Source of the DNA: Fonticula alba ATCC 38817
Lineage: Eukaryota; Protista; Nucleariida
Direction: 5' to 3' (one strand)
Assembly: GCA_000388065.2 (NCBI GenBank)
Contig: KB932203.1
DNA length: 64,000 nucleotides
Positions 1 to 12,900 of this stretch are shown here, piece after piece. Numbering within the stretch: position 1 is the first letter of the stretch; each line of letters starts with the position of its first letter. The position numbers were made by a program, and so were the translations under genes. The notes below the pieces were generated by a model. It was not told where the DNA came from. It ran no database searches and worked only from the letters and a program-made list of their open reading frames with translations.

Positions 1-1290
1 CCCCTCTTCCAAACCGAGGCCATTGACGGGCTCTTCATGCGGTGGCTCCACTCGGATGCCAGCCTCTCATTGACTGGTGCGTCGGGCCCTGCCTTCCCCC
101 GCGCGCCCGTCCCAGCCGCTGACATTTTTCCCGGCCCTTCTTTCCTCGCTTGGCCCCTTTCCTTTTCACTCCGTCTCCCCACGTTCCTCTGCGTTTCCCC
201 TTGTCTCTCCTTGTCTCTCCTTGTCTCTCCTTGTCTCTCCTTGTCTCTCCTTGTCTCTCCTTGTCTCTCCTTGTCTCTCCTTGTCTCTCCGTATTCCCCC
301 ACCTCTCTATGCATTTCTCCACGTCTCTCCTCATTTCCCCCCCCCCCTCTCCACGTCTCTCCACGTCTCTTCAATTTCTCTCCACGTCGCCCCCCCCCTC
401 CCCTCCCCCTCTTGTGCGGTCCAATAGCGGACGCCCGTGCGGTGGCGCGGCCCGTCCGGCCGGATTTCCTGGCTCTGCGGCCGGAGGCGTGCCTGGCGCT
501 GGCGGTCAGGCCGGGCGCACGCGACATCGGCCTCGGGGCCCCCGGGGCCGAAGGCACGTCGGTCGGGTCGGCCCTGCTCGGGGCCTTCGGCGGCCCGGGC
601 GCCAGCGGTCCAGGCGGCCCGGGCGCCGAGGCAGCCCAGCAGCAGCAGCTCCAACGGGAGGCCCTCTACGCCTTCAGCGGCCTCGGGTCCTGGCTGTGGA
701 ACACCTTCGTCGCGCCGCCAGACAGGTGCGCACACATCCGAGCAAGCCCCGGGCAGGGTAGCGGGCGGGGGATACACGGGGACTTGCTCGGCCGACTCCT
801 GCCTGCATGGGCCTCATGCTCACGCGATTGCCTTGCCACTTGCCCGGAAGTTCGCTCCCGGCGCGGCCGCTCCCCGCTCCCCTTCGGGATCTGCTAGTGC
901 CATACTGCCTGCGTGCTTTGGACCAGGCCGTGGCCTTCATCTGTGCCCCATCCAGCCAGGGGTCCCAGTTGTGCGTGCGCCTGCCTGCCGGCCCCGCCTG
1001 CCTCCTTGGGTGTTCCCTCCGCGTCCCCCTCTGTTTTGCATCTTGCCGCGCCTTGGACGCTGTCTGTCGCGCGCCTCGCACCCTCGCCACGCGCCCTCTC
1101 ACCACACACACACACGTACACACACACGTACACACACACGTACACACGTACGTACACACGTACACACGTACACACGTACACACGTACACACGTACACACG
1201 TACACACGTACGCACACACACACACGTACACACACACGTACACACGTACGCACACACACACACGTACACACACACGTACACACGTACACA

Positions 1291-1329
<39 letters not shown>

Positions 1330-2347
1330 CTCCATAGCGACCCGGAGGTGTGCCAGACCCTGCTGACCGAGGTGGTCGGGGTGCTGGACGCCCTGTGCCG
1401 GTGTGACCCGCCTGGCACCCCGCCCGAGGCCGCCGGACAGGGGGACCACCCCCTCCGCCACCGGCTGGCGAAGCTCCTCCTCCGGGCCTTCGAGGCACTG
1501 ATGGCGGTCCCGGCCCCGCTGGCCCTGCTGCCGGTGGCCCGGTTCCTGGCCAACCACACTCGCACGGCCGGCGAGCTCCGGGCTCAGGCGGCCGCCGCCC
1601 CGCCGGCCGGGGCCTTCACCTGGCCGGAGCTCTCGCTGGAGCCACTCCTCGAGCGCTTGGTCACCCTGGTGGTCGGGGGGCCGCACTACCGCGCGCAGCC
1701 GATCCTGGCCCACCAGTTTGTTGGGCTCTTCGTCGGGCCGGACCCCTTGTTTCAGACGGCGGCCGAGGGGGCCGAGGCGGCCGCCGACCGGCCCCCGACA
1801 GCGGCCACCGGTACCTCCGTGGCGGCGTCCTCGGCCGTGGCCGGCATGCCGGCGGCTCTGCCCCCGGCCGCCGCCGCGGCGGCCCCCGGCATGGCGCGCC
1901 TGCCCCGATGGGCCTCGGACGTGGAAACCCGCCGGCGCCTGGCCCAGCTGGGGCTTGTGAACCGCTTCTTCCCGGCGCTGATCACGGTCTGCGCCTGGCA
2001 CTCGCATGCCCTGAGCAGGTGCGAGCGTCCGCCCTCCTCCTTCTCCTCCTCCTTCTCCTCCTTCTCCTCCTTCTCCTCCTCCTCGCCGGCCGCGGAGGGA
2101 GCGGGGGGTGGCTCTGTCTTTTCCTTGGGGCCCGGCTCTTCCCCTCCTTTCTTGCCTTGCTTTTGTTGTTTTGTCTGCCCCAGGTGTCCCCGGGCGCGGG
2201 CGCACATCCGGGAAGGGCGGGACAGGGCGGCACGCGCGAGCAAAAAAGCAACCTCCCCACACGCGTGCACGCACACCAGACACTCTCCCCCCGCCTCGCC
2301 TCGCCTCGCCTCGCCTCGCCTCGCGCTGACACCTGCACCGGGCGAAT

Positions 2348-2397
<50 letters not shown>

Positions 2398-5300
2398 CTC
2401 CCTCTCGAATCTGGTGACCATTGTCTTCCAGTCGACCTCCCTGGGCACCCCCTACTCGCAGGGCAATGTCCTGCCCCTTGCGCGGGCCCTGCGCATGGAG
2501 CTGCTCCATGCGCTCATCGACCTGCCGGTGTCGGTGGCCTGTCAGATGTGGCGGGCCTCGGTGGATGCCGATGCCGGGGTCAGTTTCATCCCAGCGGCCG
2601 GGGGGCCCGGCGCGGCCGGGACAGCCGGCACCGGGGCGGCCAGCGGCCCGGGCCCCGGTGGTGCACCCTTCCGGCCGATGGCGCCGGGCGGACGCGGCGG
2701 CCGGGCGGCGGCCGGGGGTTCCGGCACCAGCGGCCCCCGGCCCGGCCGGCCGGACCCCGACCCGGAGATCTTCACCCTGGTGGATGGGTCCCTGCGGGTG
2801 GTGTTCAACCACATCCTGCGCCATGAGTCCGGAGCCTTTGGCGACCTGAACATTTGGTCGAGCTCGCCGGAGTTCGGGCGGCTCCTCAGCGGCCTGGCAC
2901 AGGTACGCCCCCACCGCCTGGCACATGGGCCCTTCACGTCCCTGCGCATGTTCCCTTGCTCGCGCTGTCTCTTTCTCTCTCTCTCTTTCTCTCTCTCTCN
3001 NNNNNNNNNNNNNNNNNNNNNNNNNNNNNNNNNNNNNNNNNNNNNNNNNNNNNNNNNNNNNNNNNNNNNNNNNNNNNNNNNNNNNNNNNNNNNNNNNNNN
3101 NNNNNNNNNNNNNNNNNNNNNNNNNNNNNNNNNNNNNNNNNNNNNNNNNNNNNNNNNNNNNNNNNNNNNNNNNNNNNNNNNNNNNNNNNNNNNNNNNNNN
3201 NNNNNNNNNNNNNNNNNNNNNNNNNNNNNNNNNNNNNNNNNNNNNNNNNNNNNNNNNNNNNNNNNNNNNNNNNNNNNNNNNNNNNNNNNNNNNNNNNNNN
3301 NNNNNNNNNNNNNNNNNNNNNNNNNNNNNNNNNNNNNNNNNNNNNNNNNNNNNNNNNNNNNNNNNNNNNNNNNNNNNNNNNNNNNNNNNNNNNNNNNNNN
3401 NNNNNNNNNNNNNNNNNNNNNNNNNNNNNNNNNNNNNNNNNNNNNNNNNCTCTCTCCCTCTCTCTCTCTCTCTTTCTCTCTCTCCCTCTCTCTCTTTTCT
3501 CTCTCCCTCTCTCTCTCTTTTTCTCTCTCTCCCTCTCTCTCTCTTTTTCTCTCTCACACACACGCACACATACGTACACGCGCAAATGCGTGCCACCGAC
3601 GCTTCGAATGGCCTGTGATATGTCTCCCCATGCCCCAGAACACCCTCTACTCGGCTCGCATCAATTCCGCGTGCTTCTTGGTCCCCTCGCTGCTGGGGAC
3701 CTACTTCCACGAGCTCTTTGCCAGCCGCGCGGCCATGGCCGGGGCGGGGCTGGCCGGCGCCTGGCAGCCGCGCGACGATGTGACTCTCGCGCGAGCCCTG
3801 CTCCAGCGCTACTCCCAGCTGTATGCCTCGTCGATTGCCGCGGTCCTGCCGGACTGCCGGGCCGCGCTCCAGGCCACCCGGGCCGTGCTGCTGGCCCACC
3901 TGGAGCGGCTGATCCGCCGGACCCCGCGCATGTTGGTCGACCGGGTGACGCGGGCGTCCTCGGCGGCGGCGGCGGCGGCGGCCGCAGCAGCCGCCGCCGC
4001 GGCAGCGGCCGCCTTTGGCGACGACATTTCCTCCCCCGCCTCGGACGACTGCCTGCGCCAGGAGATCCTGGATGTTTTGGAGAAGCGCGGTGCCGACTAT
4101 TGCGAGTCCCTGCTGTTGACCTTGTGCTCGGTGCGTGCGCGCGGCGTCCCCCCCCCCCCCCCCCTGTGCCTGTGCCCCCTTACCCACGACAGGCTACCTC
4201 GGGGCCCCTGGCGGCCTGCCATCATCCTCGATCGGCCCCAAGCANNNNNNNNNNNNNNNNNNNNNNNNNNNNNNNNNNNNNNNNNNNNNNNNNNNNNNNN
4301 NNNNNNNNNNNNNNNNNNNNNNNNNNNNNNNNNNNNNNNNNNNNNNNNNNNNNNNNNNNNNNNNNNNNNNNNNNNNNNNNNNNNNNNNNNNNNNNNNNNN
4401 NNNNNNNNNNNNNNNNNNNNNNNNNNNNNNNNNCCCCCCCCCCCCCGCCGGGCGTGCAGCTCATCGGGGATTATGTTACCCCGGGTTCCGGGCCATTCGC
4501 CGCGCTGGCGGTGGCGGATTACTGCGACAAGATCGAGGCCCTGGCACATGAAATTAGCCAGGCTCTGTCGGCCCTGATCAGCCCACCGACGCGGGCGCGG
4601 GCGCGCCTTGGCCAGCCGAGCCCGGCCCGGCGGCCTGTTCGGCCCGGCGCCGGGTCGTCGAGTTCCCTGCCGCAACTGCTCTCGGTGGTCATCACGACCC
4701 TGGGCAAGTTGGCGGCGCGGGGTCTCGGCACGCGGACGTACGCCACCGAGTCCTCGGCCAGCAGCGGCAGTGTGGCGGCGGCCGTAGCGGCGGCGTCGGC
4801 CGCCGGGGCCCCAAGCACGGCCATGCGCGCGTCCGAGAGCGCTCGCTCGGCCATCGAGGGCAGCGGCCTCGCCGCGCGGGCCATCATCTGCTTCGCCAAG
4901 ATTTCCCAGGTACGCACGCCGGCATCCGGTTCTTGGTCCATCCTCGTCTGCCTGGCTGATTGCGTGCACGGGGCCTGGCCATGTGGTTCTGCGCTGACAC
5001 ATGTCCTGCCTCTTGCTTTGGTGTTCACCCGCCGCCGCCGCCGCCGGCCGGGTGGCCTCCTCCCTCTGCCCGGGGGCCATGCAGCTCCACCGGCTGAGCC
5101 CGGAGCGCTTGCACCCGACCGGGCTCGAGCTATCGGCGGACCTGTGTGCCCGGCGCGCCGACGAGTGGGTCCGCCTGCTGCGGCACCAGCCGGTCGCGGC
5201 GGCGGCCCTCTTTGCCCCGGTGTCCGCCTCGGAGGCCGGGGCGCCAGGGGACCTGGCCGCCGGCCGGCGGCCAGATGCCCGCCTGGCGGCCGACGTCTTC

Positions 5301-5741
5301 CTCGACGAGGAGGATGTCCTGCTGGCCGCCGGCGGGGCCGACCCCCGGCAATCGTCCCTGTCGCGGCTGCTGGAGCCCGGTGGCCGGGCCGACTGGACGC
5401 TCATCTTTGCTGCGGGGCTGGCGCCGGGGGCCGCGACGGCCGGGTCTCCAGTCGACCCGCCGGGGGTGGTGGCCGCGGCGGCGGCCGGCGTGGCGCTGGC
5501 TTCGTCCGCCTCGCCGGCCGCCTCGTCGGGCCTGCTGCCGGTCCTCGGCGACGGGAGCATCGTGGTGGATGTGGCTGGTGTGGGCCCCGGTGGCGGGTCA
5601 CCGCTCTCCCTGAGCAGTCTCTTCGCCGGGACCTGCGCCGGACCCCCCGCCGGGGCCGGGCTCAGCACTCCGGCTGATGAGGCCCCCTACCCGCCGGAAG
5701 ACATGGCCTTCGGGGGCTTCCTGCTGAAGCAGTTCATGTAG
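1..5741 (+). CDS. AP5Z1: AP-5 complex subunit zeta-1 (SPG48 homolog), 5'-partial, multi-exon
   Basis: Exons approx <1-76, 428-725, 851-970, 1338-2018, 2398-2902, 3639-4130, 4460-4909, 5085-5741 (TAG), with GT-AG borders. Phases are consistent where checked; the N gaps may hide exons. Colinear motifs versus human AP5Z1 as recalled: [10 protein letters not shown]~QAFSMLRAWL; [17 protein letters not shown]~LVEAVLVLDVLCRQDP; [11 protein letters not shown]~LLPLAHFFLSH; [12 protein letters not shown]~FPNLFKFLAWNS; [11 protein letters not shown]~LEMLHALLDLP; [10 protein letters not shown]~MTTLTKLASR; [11 protein letters not shown]~TRATELLTLLK. Confidence 0.87.
199..290. repeat. Tandem 10-mer (CCTTGTCTCT) x~9 in an AP5Z1 intron
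   Basis: Direct reading of repeated ccttgtctct units. Confidence 0.9.
1102..1327. repeat. Compound (CA)n/(ACACGT)n alternating purine-pyrimidine tract, intronic
   Basis: About 225 nt of cacacacgtacacacg... units ending just before the acceptor at 1337. Confidence 0.9.
3000..3449. other. Assembly gap (N run); further gaps at ~4245, 8437, 16262, 20535, 26333, 42651, 45439, 51148, 57298, 60932
   Basis: N runs, nearly all flanked by microsatellites or homopolymers. They may hide exons of AP5Z1, MED13, MMAA, DR1 and VPS13. Confidence 0.99.
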
Positions 5742-5889
5742 CTCTCTTGGTCGTGCCTTTTTTCCGTCCCCCCCCCTCATCTCCATGTCTGCCCCTGGTC
5801 CCGGGCCGGTGGAAGTTGTGTGCCCGTGTTCCTCCGCCGCCCTCGCCGGGTGGGCATGAAATAGACGCGGGCGGATGGATGTCCACATG

Positions 5890-5943
<54 letters not shown>

Positions 5944-6455
5944 CGCGCGACGGGGGGATGCCAGTGCATCCAAACGTGCCGGGGCATGGCACGGGCAAAT
6001 CCGGCCTGAGCAAGTGTATGGGGCCATGGGGCGCACCACAATTGGTGCATGCGGCCTGGCGCATACATGTGCGTGCCGGGCTCTTCCCCTGGCCTTCTTC
6101 AAGCCAGGGGTGTGTCCATGCGTATGTGCGTCTCTTTGGCGTGCTACATGTGTTTTCATGATACGGCCGCATGTTGCGCATGCATGCGGGAATGTGCGCG
6201 TGGGTGTTCGTGCATGTGTGTGCGCGCGCCTCTGCCCACGCGCGAACACCGGACACAAGCATGTTCCTCCGCTCCTTCCTCTCCCGGCATTCACCCGCCT
6301 CTCCCCACACGAACATGTCCCCCTCCCCCCGGCAGGTAGACAATGAACACAGACACACACACACACACACACACACGGACCCACATCCTTTTGAAGTGGT
6401 ATTTGGAATGCGGCACGGCGCGCGGCCGGATCCCCCGCCCGGATGGCCTGCCACG

Positions 6456-8761
6456 TCACAGGGGGAAGATCCGCACCCCGAGCCAGCTCTGCGACGGCCC
6501 GGGCAGCTGACTGAGAGGCGAGGGGACCGGCGGGCCAGGGGACGCCCCGGCGGCCAGGGCGCCCCGCGCGTCGGCCACCCCGGGGGCCTCTTCGTCAGCC
6601 AGCTCGCCGCCCGAGGGGCCGGAGGCCGCCAGGCCCGGGGCCCGGCGCGGGGCCAGGTACGTCCGCTCCAGCGGCAGGGTCGGGTCTTCGAGGGGCGAGA
6701 AGCAGGACAGGAGAAAGGCCCGCTCGCGCTCGATGGACCAGTCCAGGAAGAGGTTGGTCTGGGCCAGGTGCGCGTCGATCTTGTTCTCCGAAGCCAGCAG
6801 CGCATGGGCGCTCTCCGCCGACAGGTGCGGGTTCAGGGAGTTGGAGAAGTGCCTCGCCGGGGCCGGGATCGACGGGGTGGCCCAGTGCCGGGTGTGCGTG
6901 TCCGGCCAGATGGCCACCGGCGGGTTGAAGTCCTCCAGCATGGTGGGCCGGGTGAGCAGCGACCGGCAGACACTGACGGAGTTGGAGCCGGCCGGCGTGC
7001 CGGCCGGCCCGGCCCCGGTGGCCGACGGCACCTCGGCCAGCGGCTCGTCCGGTGCCGGCGGCAAGGCCGCCACGTGCGGGCTGTCGGCGGCCGCCGCGCC
7101 GGGCGCGCCCGGCCGCGGTCGGAGTCGCGAGCGCCCCGACGCCGGAGCCACGCCCGGCCCCGGGCCGGCAGTTGGCAGGGTGGCCCCGGCCGGCGGGGCG
7201 GTCTTCGGCAGGGGCCCGGCCCCGCCGCCCCCGTCGCTCACTTCCCGCCGGCGGAAGCCCGCTCGGAAGGACGGCAGGAAGGACGGCGGCACCAGGCCGA
7301 GCGACTGGGCCGGCGGCGCGGCGCCGACCGACATGCCCACCAGGATGTCCGCCACGTCAGCCAGCACGTTCTGGAAAACCCGGGCTGCGTCGGTTTGCGG
7401 GCAGAAGTGCACCACCTCCGGCATGTCGGCCGGCGAGATGCCGAGAGCCGCCCGGTGGGCAGCCGGCACCCCATCCGGCCCAAGCTCCAGCAGCAGGCGC
7501 TCATGCCCGGGGAAGAGGGCCAGCGCCAAGCCCGAGAGGGGGGCCGGGGACATGGCTGGAGCCGGGTCGCCGGCTGCCTGGGTCGTGCTCCCTGGCAGGG
7601 CCGGCGACCACCGGCTCCAGGCCCGGCGGCTGACCGTGCTCTGATACAGGTCCACCGCGGGGCGGGACATCTGAACGGCATGCTGCACGCACACAACCTG
7701 TCAGCCGGCGCGGCAGGGAGGGGAGCGATGGGCGAGAGCGGCGGAGGTCAGCATTGGAGTCGAGCAAGAAAAAAAAGAAAAAAAAAAAGAAGAAGCCCCC
7801 ACGCCCCGAGCAACACCAAGCGCGGGATGGGCCAAATGGCCGCCCCCCGCCCCTCCCCCCGGACGCGGGTCTCACGTGCCTCATAGACCAGGGGCGTCTT
7901 GGAGGCGGCATTCACGCAGAGGATGCCGGCGGCCTGGTGCAGGCGCCGAAGGCGCCCATCGCGCGACACCATGGCCGCATGGCTCTGGTTCGACGGGGCG
8001 AACGGCCGGTCCAGGAGGGTGAGCCATCCGGCGGCCGGCTCGCCAGGCGCCGGGAGCCCGGTGGCCGCCGGCCGGGCCGGCCCCGCGGCCCCCAGGGCCC
8101 CGGGGAACAGCGGCCCCACCGACTCGGCTGGCAGCACCTGGAACCCGTCCAGGTAGGAAAGCTCCATCAGGGACACCGAGAGGATGGTGTGCGCCCGTTG
8201 GCGCAGGTCCACGAAGCTGGTCCGGGAGTATGTGCTCCCGGGAAGGGGCTCCATCAGGGGAGCCATGCCGCAGTCGGCCTCAATCAGCGGGCAGAGGAGG
8301 TCCGCCTCGCGCAGGCAACGGAGCCATGCTTGTGGGGGCAGGGACGCCGCCAGCGGAAGCCAGGTGGCGAGGCGGGGAAGTTAGTTGAGCGGGGGTTGGA
8401 GGATGCCTCGGGCGGAGACAGAAGCGGGGGGGGGGGNNNNNNNNNNNNNNNGGGACAGCAGCCCGCAGGCGTGCGCATGCGGGTTCCTGCCAATCGGCGC
8501 ATACCCGGCAAGTGTTCCGGCGGGAAGCCGGCCTCCGAGAAGATGACCACGCGCCAGAAGTCGTGTGTGCTGCCGCTGTGGGTTTGCTGCTTGGATGAGC
8601 GGTCCTTCAGCAGGCCGCTGACGAAGGCCCAAACCAGCCGGACGATGACCGGGCCGCAGGAGTCATGCGCCAGCAGCGGCAGGCGCACCGAGCCGCGAAT
8701 GGACAGCCGGTCGTCGGACCAGGAGATGAAGACGAAATTTCTGTCCCCCGTGGTGCCGGTG

Positions 8762-8792
<31 letters not shown>

Positions 8793-9924
8793 CTGTGTGT
8801 AAGAAAAGGGCCCGGAAGAGGGGCGCGGGCTCTCCTTGGCCCCCTCTCCCCGCACCCACTGCCACGGAGGCAAGGACCCCCGGAGGGGGGCGGAGGCAAG
8901 GGCTGGTGCGAGAGGGAACAACACGCACGAGTACAGGGAGTACGTCACCACAAGGACATACTCTCGCTGGGTGACCGACAGCGAGGAGGGGGCCGACGTG
9001 AGCTGGGCATTGAATTGGTCCTGATACCAGCGGTCCGGCTGGGGTGGCGATGGGGGGCTCGAGGGCGGCGGGTCGGGGGTGGTGCGCCGGGATTTGGGCG
9101 CCGGGGGCACCGGCAGGGCTGGGCCCAGGGCACAGCCGCACCCGGCTCCAGAGCCTGGGCCCGCCACGCCGGGCAGCCCGTAGGGGAAGACCTGCTGCCG
9201 GCAGGGGGGCCGGGCGGGCGGGGGGCCTGCACGGCCGGAGTCCGCCGGGCTGGCCCGGCGAGCTGGGCCCCGCTTCCCCGGGGTCGCCTTGCGCAGCAGG
9301 GAGGCCGGGCCCGGGGCACTGGCCGCCGGGATTTGTGACGCGTGGCCGACAATCAAAAAGGGGCTGGGCGGCGAGCGCGGCAGAGACCGGAACAGGGGCA
9401 GCGTGTCGAAGGGACGCAAAAACCGGCTGGCCGTCGAGTAAAACAGCTGGCACAGCTGCCGGGCCAGCTGGCTATCCTTGCTGGCGAGAGCCATGATGAC
9501 GCTCGGCTGGAAGGGCTAGGTGTTTCCGTGTGTTTCCGTGTGTTTCCGTGTGTTTCCGTGTGGTCGTGGGTTTGCGTATGCATATACGTGTGTGTGTATG
9601 TGTGCGTGCGTGCGCACACGCATAGGGGGATGCATGCGGGAGCGCGCGCATCGGCGCATGTGCCCATGGCCAGCAAAGGGAAAGAGGGTAAGCGGCGAGA
9701 AGGGCCCAGCGGTGGCAAAAGGCAAGCGGCGATGCGACACCACGGTCCGGCCGCCAGACGCGGAGCCGCACACAAGACGCACCATGACCACCACCAAACC
9801 CCCATCGGGAAGACGCTTGCCGGCGATGGTCACCGCATACGATTCGCACACCGACAGGAGGAACACCGTGGGAGGGGCCATGTCCACCCGGCGCGGGGCG
9901 CCTGGCCAGCGGAAGGCCCAGCGG

Positions 9925-9966
<42 letters not shown>

Positions 9967-12900
9967 CGGGAGTGAGTCGGGCAAGCCACAGCCAAAGGCA
10001 GGAGAAAGAGGCGGGGGGGGGGATGAGAAAAAAAAGGAGAAACAACAGCGGGCCGGACCCGACCACACACACATACCCGTCTGGTCGGTCTCGGGCAGGG
10101 TGAAGTCCGGCAGGGAGGCAAATGCCTGGGCCAGGGCGGCTGCCGCATCGGCCGGGTGCGGCGCCAGCCGGCCGAAGCCGAAATTCTGTGACTCCATGTC
10201 AGCACCAACAGGGGACCCGGCAGGCAACATCTCACACGAGAGGAAGGAAGCAAGAAAGAAAAGATCCCCCCCCCCCCCAAATCCCCTTCGCGGAAAGCAG
10301 CACGACGCACACTGTAGGCAGTCGACATGGTGTGCGATGCGCGGGCAATGTGCGCCGACGAGAGGGCCGGCCCGGTGGGGCTGGGCCGGGCGCCGGCCGG
10401 GGCCGGCCGCGGTGAGGCCTCTCCGGCTGCCGGGGCCGCAACCCCGGCGGCAGGGCCCAGCCCAGCGGCCGTAGCCACCCCCAGCGGGACCGGCACAAAG
10501 GGAGCCGGGGCTTGGCGCTGGAGAAGGTGCTGCTGCTGCTGCTGCTGCCGAGCCGCCGACAGGGGCCCCGGCTGCGCGGCCCCGGCCAGGGCGCCCCCGA
10601 CGAAGGCAAAGCGCAAGTCCACCCGCGGCGAGTGGAAAACCCGCTGTTGCGGCAGGAAGCGCCCGGCTCCAGGGGCCGCCCCGGGCCCGGACGACCCGGC
10701 CGGGCCCTTGCCGCTGGGATGCGAGCCCGCCGGCCCGGCCCCCAGCCCCGGCGCCGGCAGCCCCAGCGTGTCGGCCGTGCTGGAGTTCACCCCGCAGGCC
10801 AGGTGCGAGATGCAGGCCGGGGCGGTCCAGTTGAAGCGAGCCGAGTCGACCGGCCGCCGGCCGATCATCAGCGGACACCCGTCCGGGAGTTGGCGATACT
10901 GGCACGCGCACCCGGGATAGTCCCCGAGCGAGTGGGCCGACGGGGCCGGGATGATGCGTGCCGGCTTGGCCGAGTGCGAGTGGATCGGCATCAGGCCCAG
11001 CTCCTCCCAGAAGGGCAGCGACCTGAGAGCCGCGCGTGAAGGATGCGCCCCCGGGGGGAGGAGGGGAGGCCGGCATGGATCGGGGCAATGGGCCATGCAG
11101 GACAGGCACGAGAGAGGGGCGAGAGCCCGGAGGGGACAAAGAGGGTGTGTGTGCGTGTGTGTGTGTGTGTGTGAGCGAGAGAAGGAGAGTGGGGGCAAGG
11201 ACACGCGCGCGCTCGGATCGGGCGCCACCATGGCCTGGGGCACGCACCGCGAGCTCAGCTGCACCCGGGAAAAGGCATTCAGCGAGCTGAGGTTGTCCGC
11301 CTGCTTGGTCGACGTGCCGGGCAGATCGGACGAGGCCATGGTGGCCGTCACGCGACACTCGATCTCCGGCCAGAATACCGGCATCACCGGCGCCTGGCCG
11401 ATGGCCAGCCGGCGGTCCTCCCCCGCGGCGGGAGACCCGGCCTCCTGGGGGGCCCGGCCGCCGGAGAAAATGCCCGCCAGGGCGGCCATCGCCAACGGGC
11501 CGCCCACCGTGGCCAGGGGCGACGCCAAGAAGTGCCAGTCCTGCTCCAGGGTCAGGTACCCCGGGCGGGTGATGCCGCCGAGGAAATCCGGGTGCCGCAG
11601 GGGGAAGGCCGCCGTCAGGGCCAAGCGCAGGCGCTGCAGCAGGACCGCCGAGTGGTCCGGCTCCGTCAGCGAGCACACAATCGGCACGGCATCGGGCCGA
11701 CTTTCGGGCGAGGTGAAGACTGGGTGTTTGGGAGGCGGCCCGGCGGCCGGGGAGCAAGTGCGGCGGAGGCGGGAGGAGTCAGTCGACACGCCGCCGGAGA
11801 TGGCAGCCAGGGCGCACCGGCGGACGTACTGCGCTTGTGCTGGGGGAAGGGAAAGGTAGACTGGGCACCATCCGGGCGCCGGGCTGAGCGGAGCCCGGTC
11901 AGGCTGTAGCCGCGCCAAAGCTGCATGTGCGTGGACCATCGATCAGGGGGGGTAAGGAGGAGGAGGAAGGAAAAGAGGAGGGAAAAGAGGAGGGAAAAGA
12001 GGAGGGAAGAGAGGAGGGAAGAGAAGAGGGAAGAGAGGAGGGAAGAGAAGAGGGAAGAGAGGAGGGAAAAGGAGGACAGGCAGCATTGTCAGGATGTGAA
12101 GGAACCCCAGTCAGATGAGATGCATGGAGGAAGGCAGGGCAGGCGGTGCGCACAGCGGATTCCGGGCCGGCGAAGAGCTGCGCCGTGGTGATCTTCCCGA
12201 ACTTGGCTCGGCCAGCCGGCTCGCGCTGGGGATGCGCCCCGTCGCCCGGTAGCGGCGATGGCCGACGCGCCGCCGGCGAAGGGGCACCATGGCCGTCGCC
12301 CGGGCAGGAGGGGCCTGCAAACGCCGGGCCGAGGGGACCACATGAGTGGAGGGGAGGGGGGGGAGGGGGGGGGGGACGAAAAGGCGGGGGAATCCGGTGA
12401 GACAGGCAAAAGCAGCCAGCCATCGGCGCACTGGGGACGCACTGGCTCCGCCGAGACCCGGGGCAGGCGCCTCAGGCGTAGGCCCCAGGGCCCCGGGGGC
12501 AGGTCCTCCAGCCCCCGGGGCAGCGGCCTGCGGTGAGACGCTCGGCGGGCAAGCCGCCGGACTGAGCAGGGCCGAGCCCGAGTTCGGCGGCGACTGCCCT
12601 GGCGAGGACACGCTATACGGGGCCAGGGTCGAGGGGAAGAAGGAGAGTCCGGGCCGGCCGCCGGCACAGGCGGCCTCCATGCGCGTGCGGGCCTTCTCCG
12701 CGCGCGGGGTCCGGACTGGGTCCCGGTGCCCGGACACAAGGCCGAAGGGTCAGCGAGCCAGATCAAATCCCATCCGGTTGACCGACAACCGAGCGGAGAA
12801 GGAGGGCCCCTTGCTTTCGCCTACCGCTCCCGCCCGACCCGGCCCCCCCCCCCCCCGTCTCTCGCATTCAGCACGGGCGCGTACCAGGCAAATAGTCCGG

